From NCBI GenBank assembly GCA_000388065.2, contig KB932202.1: a stretch of DNA of 28,837 nucleotides. One strand, written 5' to 3'. Below the pieces are notes generated by a model. The model was given only the letters and a program-made list of their open reading frames with translations, made no database searches and had not been told where the DNA came from. Shown piece after piece: positions 9,990 through 20,824 of this stretch. Numbering within the stretch: position 1 is the first letter of the stretch; every line of letters begins with the position of its first letter. A program made the position numbers and the translations under genes. The DNA comes from Fonticula alba ATCC 38817. Its lineage: Eukaryota; Protista; Nucleariida.

Positions 9990-12900
9990 ATGGCCTTCCA
10001 CCACACCACCGAGACGTCCCTCTCGGCGCCAAGCCAGCCGGCCTCGCCCTCTTCCCTCGATGGGATGTCTGCCGGTGGCCCGGGTGGTGCCCTCTCCGGC
10101 ATGTACCCCTACGAGCGCCTGGACTCGCCCGTCCCCTCGGAGTTTGGGGCCCACCCGCGGCGCTTCTCCTCCATGCCCGGTGGCGGGGACCTAACCGAGA
10201 GCACCTCCCCCGGCGATTCGGCCATCTATCCCGAGGCCGGCGACTCGGAATATTCCGGCTTCTCCGTGCGTGCCAGGCCGCCTCCCTGCATGCGCACATG
10301 CACATCGACGCTCTTCCTCCCCCTCCTTCTGCTTGTTGTTGTTTCCCGCCTGCCTGTCCTCCCCCCGTCTCACCTTTCCCTCTCCCCTCTCTCCCCTGTT
10401 CCCTGCTCTTGTCCTCGCCTTTAGAACTCCCCGCATCATGGTGGTACGTCAGGCATCACCCTTCTACCGTTTGGCAGCCTTCTCCCCCCCCCCCTCCCCG
10501 CCGCCCCAGTCCATTGACCGTCGTTTTTTTTTCGTTCCTTTGCCCCACAGCCTTCACCGGGGGCGCTGGATCTGGCTCTGCCACCGCCGCCACCACCTTC
10601 GGCACTGCTTCCCGGTATGAGCACTTCGGGGCCCACCCCGCCGGCGGTCCGGTCGACGAGGACTCGGGCGCAGGTGGCCCCGCTCATTCGGCCGACCGGC
10701 GTCGGCCCTCCGGCCTGGTGCTCCCCAACGGCGCAGGCCCCTCCCATCCGGCGTTGGCAGCGGCCAAGTTGAATGCCGGCAACGGGGGCCCCTATGCCGG
10801 GCCAGGCTCGCATGCCAGCCTCCTGGGCTCCGGTCCTGCGGGGTCCATCCCCTCACCGCGCACCTTCCTGGCCGAGCACCTGAATGAGATGACCATCGAC
10901 TCGCCGGATGGCGGGCGCGATGGCACCCATGGCGGTGGATCCACCTCTTCCTTGGCTCAGCCGTCGCCGTCGCTGGATTCCCTGAGCGCCAGTGGGCTTG
11001 CACGGCCGCGGTCCCGTGGTGCCCCCTTCCCCGGGGTCAGCCCGTCCGGCGTGGTTGGGTCCTCCTCGTCTCCCTCCCTGCCGGCGGCGGCCACTGGTCC
11101 CGGCTCGTCGGAGGCCACGGCGCCGTCGTCCATCGATCATGACGCCTCGGCGTCCTTCTTTTCTGGCGGCGGCGGCGGCGGCGGCGGCGGCGGGGTTCTC
11201 CCCTCGCCGACGCAGTCGCCCAGTGGCTCGCCGCACCTGACGGCCCCCGGCAGCCCTGGCAGCCCGGCTCCCCTGCGGTCGCGGTCTTTCTCCGGGTCCT
11301 CGGCCCAGCCGCAGCGCGGCTGGAACCCCTCCATCCGCGCGGCCCTGCAGCAACACTACCATTACCAGCAGCAGCCTCGGCATCCCGGGCAATCCGGCAA
11401 TGGTCCCACCTCCGGGGATGGGTTTTCCCCCTCGGGGCATGGGACCTCCCCGGCGCCGGGCTCGCCGCCTTCCTCGGTCGCGGGGATGGCCCTGCCCACG
11501 GCTCGGCAGCGTTCGCATTCCCACACCACCGGCGGCAATGCCGCCGGGCACTTCCCCGGGGAGTGGAATACCCCGGCAGAGTCGGGCACCGGGAGTCCGA
11601 CGGCCCCACTGCCGGGTGGGGCATCGCCCGCCCCCTCGCGCGGCTTGGCCATCCCGCCGGGCAACCCCGGTGCCACGGGCTCCACCGCCTCCCTTCCACA
11701 CATCAGCGTCCCGCCGTCGGCCTTGTCTCCCTCATCGCCCCTGTCGCCGAAGTCGGCCCTGGGGCTTGGCATTGGTGGTGGCCCGGTCGACCCGAGTGGG
11801 TCTTTCAACTTCGCGTCGGCCGGCGGCTCGCGCCCTAGCTCGCCGCTGACGACCACCGCCCCGGCCTCGCACTCGCCACTTCCGTCGCCGCTTCCGGGCG
11901 ACCTGTCCAAGCGCGAGATCAAGTCCCAGACCCACCACCCGCGTGCCCGGTCGCAGTCTCTCACGTCGCGGTCTCTCCCTTCGGCGACCATCGATCGGAG
12001 CACCAGTCGCCTGCGGTACCCGGTTGCCCCGTCGCCTCTCGGGACCGAGGTGGACTCGGATGTGGAGACCGGTGGCCCGGTGGCCCCGAGTCCTGGGCCC
12101 GCGGGCGAGTCGATGCCCTCGGCGGCCGGCTATCACCATCACCACCAGCAGCAGCAGCAGCAGCAATCATATCACCAGCAGCAGCATCAGCAGCCGTCGC
12201 ACCAGTACTCCCAGTACCAGCAGCATCCCCAGTATCAGCAGCAGCCGCAGCAGCCATACCAAGGCCAGTATCCCCCCCAGCAGCAGCCGCAGCAGCAGCA
12301 GCAGCCATACCACGGTCAGTATCACCCGCAGCAGCAGCAGCAGCCGCAGCAGCAGCAGCAGCCGTCGCACTACCAGCAGCCATATCAACAGCAGCCATAT
12401 CAGCAGCAGCAGCACCACCACCAGCAGCAGCAGCCATACCAGCAGCAGCCGTATCAGCAGCAGCCATACCAGCAGCACTCGGCCCATCAGTACCAGCAGT
12501 ACCATCACCACCAGCAGCAGCACCCGCAGCAGCAGCAGCAGCAGCAGCAGCACATGTACCACGGTCATGGCCCGACAGATTACACCATGGCCGCTGGTGT
12601 CCCCGATGAGCAGGGTCGCATGTCGCCAGACCTGACCACCACCGGTCCCCCCGGGGCCAATGGAGACTCGGATGGCCTGGCTTCGCCGCAGCACTCGTCA
12701 CCGCGGTCGGCCGGCGCGCCGGGCAGTCTGGCGGCCGGCCGCCGTACAGTGGCCACCCCTTCCCACGGGAGCGGGAATGCCATGGCCGGGGCCGGGGCCG
12801 GAGCGGCGGCCGATCCCGATGCCGAGAGCGGCCTCGAGTCGGATGGCGGGTCGGGGCTGGACTCTGACGGCCAGGACTCCGGGTCGGACTCCGACGATGG

Positions 12901-14049
12901 GGACTTCCCCGAGGCGTCGGCCAACGGCGGGGCCCTCGATGGCGGGTCCGGCAAGGGCTCCTCCAGTCGGTCGCGCGGCCGGTCCGGGTCCATGTCCTTC
13001 GGGACGAGTGGGCCCCTCGGCGGTCGGTCTGGCGGGGACCTGTCGCACCTGCCAGCCGGAGCCGGGGGCCGGACCGGCCGGAGCTCCCTCATTGCTGGCG
13101 GTCAAATCCGCGTCGAGGGATCCAAGAAGCTGTATGCGTGTATCTTTGACCCGGGGAATTGCGACCGGGTGTTCAAGCGGTCGGAGCATCTGAAGCGCCA
13201 CCTGCGCACGCACACCGGCGAGAAGCCCTTCACCTGCAGCTTCCCCGAATGCCTGAAGACATTCTCCCGGTCGGATAACCTGCAGCAGCACATGCGCACG
13301 CATCAGACCCAGTCAGATCGTGGCAGTGGGGTCGGCAGTGCCACCGGCAGCAATGGGTCCCTCGGGCCGCCTCCTCTGAGCCCGGTTCTGCATGGCGGCA
13401 TGAATGGCGGCGGGGGTTCCAACTACATGTTCCCCTACTCGTCGGCGGGCCCGGCGGCCGGCAGCCCGCTCAAGAGCATCACCCTGCCCTCGTCGCCGAC
13501 GATCCCCTCCTCGATGATGGGTGGCGGCCCGGCCGGGGCCAATGGGTCCAGTGGGTATTTGGCCGCCGGTGCCGGGGGCATCTCCCCCTCGATCACCCTC
13601 TCCTCGTCCTTGCCCGGGCCCGGGGGGATGATGCCGCATCATCATCCGCACATGCGGAACAACCTTCCCCCGCCGATTTCCACCTCCTCCACGGCCTTGC
13701 ATGGGAGCAACTCTTCGCTCTACTCCCCCGGGTCTCAGGGGCCCATTTCTCCTCAAACCGGGCTTGCTGGCACCGGCGGCGGCATTGGCAGCCACACCAT
13801 CGTCGACACGCCCACGTCCGATGTGATGGGCTTCCCCTCGCACCTGGGCTCGGGTGCTGGCGGCCATCCTCACCATCATGGTCTTCACCATGGCGGCAGT
13901 GGGGTCGGTGGCCCGGGTGGACATGCGCACCACCCCCACCCCCACCATCCCCACCACCACCATGCGGGCGGCGGCGGCCCCTCCGGCCATCATGCGCATC
14001 ATGCGCACCACTCGCATCACCACCCCCATGCCGGTGCCGGTGGGCCCTT

Positions 14050-14084
<35 letters not shown>

Positions 14085-15877
14085 TGCATCATGGCAGTGG
14101 TGGGGTCAGCGGCGGCGGCCACTCGGGCTCGCACCTGTCACATCATCCTCTAAGTGCCGGCTCGGGTTCGGGGAATTTCTTCCTCTCCACCCAGTCCACC
14201 TCGCTGTCCGGTACTTTGACTTCCTCGCAGGACCAGATGCATCATCTTGGCGGTGGGGGGGGTGCCGTGCCGGGTGCGGGGGGCGGCTACCCCTCGCCGC
14301 ACATGCAGCACTATGGTGGTCGTGATGGCGGCCCCGGTGGCAGTGGCTATGCTTTGGACCAGCATGCCTCCCCATTGGGCACCATGGGTCGGCCCTTCCC
14401 CGGGGGCTATCCCTCTGCCACGTCGATTCCCCTGTCTGCGACCGGGTCCCTGGGGCCTGGTCTCGGTGGCTCGGGTGTCGTTGGTGCCGGCGCCGGTGCC
14501 GGCGGCAGTGCATCCGACCTGACGGCCACTCGGTCGCCACACGAGGGGGGCTTCCTGCAGTCGCAAGCTGGTGGCGGTCCCCCGGGAGGGTCGCCGCCCC
14601 TGCACCCGCATATCTCCCCCATCGGTACCATTCATTCACATACCATGCATCACGGTGCCGGAGCAGGGCCGGGCGCCCTCGCCGGTGCCGGTGGTGCTGG
14701 CGGTGGTGGCCGGGGTCTCCTTTCCTCGGGCAACTTCGCCGGCAGCGGCCCCGGCGGCGGTGGTGCCGGCTTCGATGGAAGCGGGGACTTCCATGGGAAT
14801 CCTCTCTCGGCGGGAGCCCGGGTCCCGGTGCCACATCCCCACTTGTCCATGGTGGACTTTGCCACGCCTGGTGCGCCGCCGGGGTCGCGGCAGTCGGCCA
14901 TCGGCGCCGGAGCGGCAGGCCCGCATCATCTCGGCACCGGGTCCCTGCTGTCGACGGCCAATGCCAGTGGTGGCTTTGCCGGGCTGACAGACTTTGCCCT
15001 TCGGCCACGGTCTTCCTCCTTCCCGCACCGGGTTCCCGACATTGCGGGCGGCGTTGACGCCGCTCATCTCGGTGTCGAGGCAGGCGGGGCCTCCTTCCTG
15101 CACGCCACCGGCGGTGGGGCCGGGGTGGATGACCGCCTGCGCACGGTGACCCCCGGTCTTGTCGGAGGCTCGTCGCTTGTGAGCCATCTCGATCAGCAGC
15201 ATGGTTCCCCGGTGGGTGCCGGTGGCAAGATGCCCAGCAGCCCGGTGTACTCGGGCTTCCCGCGGCATTCGTCGCAGCCCGGCGTGGCCGGCGGCGGAGC
15301 AGGCGTCGTCTCCCCGCGCGATGGCTCGGAGTTCCTCGACGGCGCGGCATTTATGGAGCCTTCTGGCGGCGGCGGCGGTGGTGGTGGTGGCTCCTCGGGC
15401 GGAGGCGGCCCCGCCGGTGGTGCGGCGCACCTGGCCGGGCCGCACTCCTCGACCGACAGTCTGTCAGCGCCGGCCGGTGGTGGCGGTGGTGGTGGCGGTG
15501 GCTCCGGCACGTCTGGCAGCTTCTTCCGTGGTGCCGGTGGTGCTGGCGCCGGTGGCTCGATGTCCCCGACGCATTTGCTGTCGTCCCCGGGTGGCGGTGT
15601 CATTGGTGGAGGACCCGGTGCTGGTGGTGGCTCCATGATCGGCTCCACCAGCGGCGAGCATGGTGCTGCGTCGGTTGGCTTTTACGGCACGGTGAGCCAG
15701 TCATCTCGGCCTCTGGGCAAGCCGCAGGCCGGGAGTGCCGCCGATGCCACCATGGATTCGCTCGCCTCCGACTCGGCGCCCGGCGGGGGGGGATACACCA
15801 GTGTCCCGTCGCCCCCGGAGGAGTCCGGTGCTCCGTCGGCGCCCTCCTCCTCGTCCTCCTTCATGGGAGGCAACTAA
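9990..15877 (+). CDS. Large low-complexity C2H2 zinc-finger transcription factor with Msn2/Msn4/Seb1-type fingers, ~1873 aa. Exons 9990-10265, 10425-10443, 10551-15877
   Basis: ATG 9990 has an in-frame TGA upstream (9978-9980). Phase-0 donor GTGCGT at 10266; acceptor CCTTTAG (10424); 19-nt exon; donor GTACGT (10444); acceptor TTTGCCCCACAG (10550) into a 5327-nt open exon ending TAA 15875-15877. The spliced length of 5622 nt is divisible by 3. Two C2H2 fingers with a TGEKP linker. The 5' exon model is inferred from splice signals only. Confidence 0.85.
12131..12570 (+). repeat. Coding Gln/Tyr/His/Pro-rich repeat (CAG-rich; QQPYQQQ-type units), prion-like domain
   Basis: Translation [52 protein letters not shown]...[14 protein letters not shown]. 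Confidence 0.9.
13133..13303 (+). other. Tandem C2H2 zinc-finger DNA-binding domain (2 fingers)
   Basis: [57 protein letters not shown]: all Cys/His ligands present and a canonical TGEKP linker. Confidence 0.97.
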
Positions 15878-16434
15878 GGGAGCCCGGAGATGTGCACATA
15901 CACACACATGTCTACAAACACACACAGATAGCGAGTGAAAGGGGAGATGAGTGGGAGTGGACAGCTGTGACTACTGGAGGGCATGTGTACGCGCGCGCGT
16001 GGGCTGCCCTCCCTGAAGTCCGGCATGGATGTTCCTTTGTTCCTTCCACTGAGCATTCCCTTCTCCCTTCCCCTCCCTCCCCCTCCTTGTATTTCCCTCC
16101 TCCCTCCGCCTGTTCTCGGCGATGGTGTGGTGTGTCCTTTCCCTTTTCCCCCCTCCCCTCTCCCCCCCCCCCCCCCCCCTCCGCGCGCGCTCCCGTCCTT
16201 GTTGCCTGAGAGCAGCCCTCGTCCGCTTCCCTCCCTCTTCCTTCCACTTCGTGGGACTACGGGGTCTGCTCGATGTGCGGGTTGTGTTTCTCCACGTATC
16301 CCTCTCTCCCTCTCTTCCCCCTTCCTCTCGCGTCTTCTCCATACTTCCCTTCTTACCTTCCTCCTTGATCAAGCGCTTGCGCCTGGTGATTTATACACAA
16401 ATGTGAAAGTCCTTGCCCTGTGTGTCCCCGCTGC

Positions 16435-16502
<68 letters not shown>
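16435..16502. repeat. Compound (AT)13(GT)21 microsatellite
   Basis: Read directly from the sequence. Confidence 0.95.
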
Positions 16503-16508
<6 letters not shown>

Positions 16509-18344
16509 CGGGCTGCGTGTCATTCTGCGTTGCTCTTTCGACCGAGGCGCGGGCGAACGCGAGCACGTCACACAGGCCAGGCACTTCCGGTGGCGATCGT
16601 GCGCCTCTTTCTCGCTGTGGATTTCCCCTGGTATGCCCTCTCGGGCGCGAGGCGCGCTCGGTTGGCATCACAGGCGAGATCATGATGTGCGTCGATCGCC
16701 GCTGCTAGAGGCGGACATCTCGCCAGGGTGAGGGCGTTTGAGAGGGAGCGAGGGAGGGACAGGCAAAGGAAAACAAGCAGCGGGAGAAGTCGGCGGGTGG
16801 GCACATCCTCCCCGGCGCCGCGGCTCCGGGGGTGGTTAAAATGCTGAGTTGGCATCCCCATGTCACTATTGTTGCATTGCCGCGGCCTCCGCTCGGTGAG
16901 GTGCAATCCAAGCGCGCCGGCGGCCGATCTCTTGGCGAGCCGATCCCACTCGGCAATAGCATTCCCCTGGACTTCGGCCCGTATCCATTGGCATCTGGAT
17001 CCTTTGCTGCCGCCCGACAGCGCTATTTAAAGGCGCACCCGCACCAGGGCGGTGCGGTCGGCATGGGAAGGGCCTATCCCCCCGCCCCCCTCCCTTTGAT
17101 ACCCCTTCCCTTCTTCCTTCCGTCTCTCATCATTGGTACTGGCTCCTCTCCGCCTTCCCTGTTTCCTCTCTCTCTCTCTCTCCCTCCCCCTCCCCCTCCC
17201 CCTCCCCTCCCCCTCCCCTCTCGCCTGATGTCCTCTTCTCGACGCGTCGTATTTCTTACCAACGATGGGCCTGCTCTCCACCCGTCTTTGGAAAGTAAGC
17301 GGCGCAACATCCACCAGCAGCGGGCCCTGATGCTATCTTAGCTTCAGGGGCCGTTTCCGGGGCTTGCTGCACATTTCTGGTGCCTCATCGTGCCCCCTAC
17401 GCACGGGTGCCTCTCCGTGCTCCAACCCAAAATCCCCCCCTCTCTCTCTCTTCCTCTCATATATATTTTGTCCTCCACCATGCTGACTCTCTTCCCCTCC
17501 TCGCCCCCTCCCCTCCCATATCAAGGCTATGGCAGTTTGTCGTGTGTTTCCGACCGTGTGTGTAGCGCACGCCCACGGGAGATGCTCTTCTCCTTTGTCG
17601 GACTCTGACGCGCCTCACTCCTGCCTGGCGGTTGTTCCCTTCGGGCGCCATTCTTTTTCTTTAATCATATTGAATCCCGGTTGTGATGGCAGAAGGCCGG
17701 CGGCGAGGGGGGGGGGGGGGCGGGCGGTGCGGGCTGAGGGAGGGGCGGACAGCGGAGGCCCGGCTCAAGCCGCACTCGGTGAGGTGTGACAGTGTGTGTG
17801 TGTGTGCATGGGTCCCCAGAGGCACGAAGCCAGAGTTCCACACAGTTTTTCTACTCTGCCCGCGTTTCCCCCCCGGCCCTCCGTGTGTCTGTGCTGAAAG
17901 CGAGCCGTCGCTTTCTGCCTTCGTGCGCGCGATATCTCCCCAAGGCGAGGGGGCAACATTGCCGGTGCACGTGCTCGCCGGGGGGAGGGGGGCATATCCA
18001 TGTCGTCAGGGGCCACCTGGGAGCCGAGTTGCCGGGGAGGAAGTCTATAAAATGTATTCATCGGGAGGAGAGAAGGAAGGGGGAAAAAAAAAAACCCAAC
18101 GAGAGGAAGGCCCAGGCAAGTTCAGTCTCGCGGCACGTGAGTGCACATTGGCCAGGGCGACACAGATGAGGTGGCTGCCACTGTGTCGCCAACGCGCCGC
18201 CTTTCTGGAGGAGCCATCACCGGGCGGGTCGAAGCCCATCCGTATGAGACACAGGGGACAGGGACACAAATGCACGGACACACAGACACAGATGCGCACA
18301 TGCATGTGGATGGCTTGTTGCTTCTGCTTTTGCCCTGCACATTC

Positions 18345-19424
18345 TCAAGGGGCGGGCGACGGGGAGAGGCAATACACCAGGAGGTATGCCTGGCGGCGGG
18401 CCACCCCTTCGGGCGTGACACGACTCACTCGGGCATCGTCATACGTGAACCAGCCATTCGGCGAGTCGACCGAGGCCCGGACATCTGCGATGTAATGTCC
18501 CTTCTCGGCACTATGGATGGGAGGGGAGGGGGGGGGGATGTCAACGGCGCGAGGTGGCAGACGTGGTCAGGGGGGGGGGTGCCCAAAAAGAGGCAGGCGC
18601 AAAAGCGAAGGCCCTGGTGTTCTGCCCTCTCTCGGCGGGAGCATACCTTGTGCCAAGATGTGCCACGACAGCCGTCAGATGATACTCGGGGGCGGAGATC
18701 GGTGCGGGGGCCGATTCCCCGGCCAAGAAGGCCGTGAGCGCTGGCCCGGCCTGGCTCAGGAAGGAGGAGGAGGAGGCAGGTGGCGTCCCGCTCGGCGAGG
18801 GCGTGGAGGAGGAGGCGTGTGCAGCGCTAGCGCCATGGCCTGGCCGCAGGCCAGTCAAAGGAAAGGCAATGTGCGTCGACAGCTTGAGCCGGCGTCCAGC
18901 GGCCGCTGCTGCTGGTGCCGACGCCGCGGCCGTGGCCGCCGCCACCGCCACCGCCGGGCCCTGGGATTTGGAATGTGAGAGGCTGGACGAGCTGGCCGTT
19001 TGGGCGGCGGTCCGGGCACCGGATGGGCAGCGACCAGCCGCATCCGAGGCGACGCCCTGTGAGGAAACAAGGTCGACATTGGCCTGCTGCCAGACAAAGC
19101 GCTTGATGTGCACCAGGAGAATCTGCTCCCATGGAGAAGGGGCAAGGGAAAGGCGGTGAGCAAGAGGAACGCAGGGCACAAAGCCCAAAGGCGGAGATCA
19201 AGCGGGCTGGGGACAAACGCACAGACGGCCAATGGAGGATGACAATCTGCTTGGACGCCGGTGCGCGCTGACCGTCGCACTCGGCGGAAGCGCACTTCGG
19301 CCACTCTTGCTGGTCAAGTGCCTCAACGCGAGAGTAGTACCGAAGGCAGTCTGTGGGCCATCGCCCATGGGGATGGGGCAGGGCGAGGCCAGGGGAGGCA
19401 GACCGCGCATGATGCGCGCGCGTG

Positions 19425-19460
<36 letters not shown>

Positions 19461-20793
19461 TGTGAGAGGGATGGCAATGGCAAAGGGACAGGTGGGCAGA
19501 GACACAGGAAGCACACATACCTTCCAGTGTGACACGGTGCGGGTCGGCACATTCCGAAGCAGGAGGGATGTCGACGGAGAGGTCGAGGAAAGGCTCCACT
19601 CGTTCGGACACCCGGCCACATTGGAGGCAGCAAAGCCGGCTCAAGAGACGCCCACCAAAGAGCCCGGACACGGGGGAGCAGTCGCCAGGCCGCCCGGCCG
19701 GGTCCGCCGCCATGGTCGGGCCAGCTCCGGGAGATGCGGCAGCCGACAGGGGGGAAGAGGGGGAGACCACCGACGAGGGCAAGGGCCGGATGTTGGCCAT
19801 CTCCGAGTGCAGGGCCTGAAGCATGCAGCGAATGAACTCATGAGCATCGTGCTGCTGGTCGTGCCATTGGCTGACCGAGGTCAGCAGATCATCGAAGTTG
19901 AAGGAGGGGCTGCGGCTGAGGCTGACCCGGGTCCGGGCCGGCGCGTCGCCCGGGTGCTGTGGCAGGCCCGAGGAAAGGGGCTGATGGTTGGGGCCCACCG
20001 AGGCCGAGGGCGACGCCTGCTGCTCGGCTGGCGGCAAGGGGGCCGCCGGGTGCGGCAGACATGCCGCCGGTCGGAGGTCGGCAGCGCCGGCACAGGGACC
20101 ATTGCCCGCGGCGCGAGCGGCGACGATACCCCGGCCAGGGCCCGACCAGAGGCCCAGCTGCTCCAGCGGCGGCAGGAGCTCGCCCAGTCCGAAGGATGGT
20201 AAATTGACGGCCAGCGAGCGGATCAGCCGTCCCGGAGATAGGGTAGCCCCCTGGCGCGAATGCATATGCCGCAGGAGGGCATGCAGCTCAGTGGCGATGC
20301 TCCTGGAGACGCATGTGCGTGGACATGCACGTGTCAGAGTGGACGGGGGGAGGGACCGATGGGCGAAGCAGCATGTGTGTGTGTGTGAGAGAGAGAGGAC
20401 ACCGGTGAGCGAAAAAAAAAGAGGCCAAGAAAGCGGGCGCCGAGAGCGCGCAAAAGGAGGCCACGAGAAAGGGCAAGCTGAGGGAGAAAAAGAGAGAAAA
20501 AGAGAGAGAGAGAGAGACCAATGAGGTCCCCTCTCACCATCAGCCTCATATATGCATGGGGCTCCCCTTGCACGCACCATCCACTCGCAGGTGGGTCCGA
20601 GCCCAAGGTGCCGGCGCGGGGAGGCCGCGAGCTGGCGCCAGCGCGCGATCGCCGAGGCGGGCCAATGCCATCGCCGCCGCCGATGTCGGCCATCTGTGCC
20701 GGCAGAACCAGGGCCGGGTTTCGACGGACGGCATCCTCGAAAGCCAGAAGGCCCGGGTGTCGGATGGTGTCATCGGCATCGGCGACAGGGGTA

Positions 20794-20824
<31 letters not shown>

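Noticed and set aside
9977-10550. Start of the 1966-aa ORF as listed in the ORF track
   Set aside because: Its first ~190 codons read through a different-frame exon 1 and two pyrimidine-rich introns; the spliced model from ATG 9990 fits better.
20532-20537. GTGAGA as the donor ending USP exon 3
   Set aside because: It is phase 0, whereas the next acceptor (20303) needs phase 2; GTGCGT at 20577 fits.
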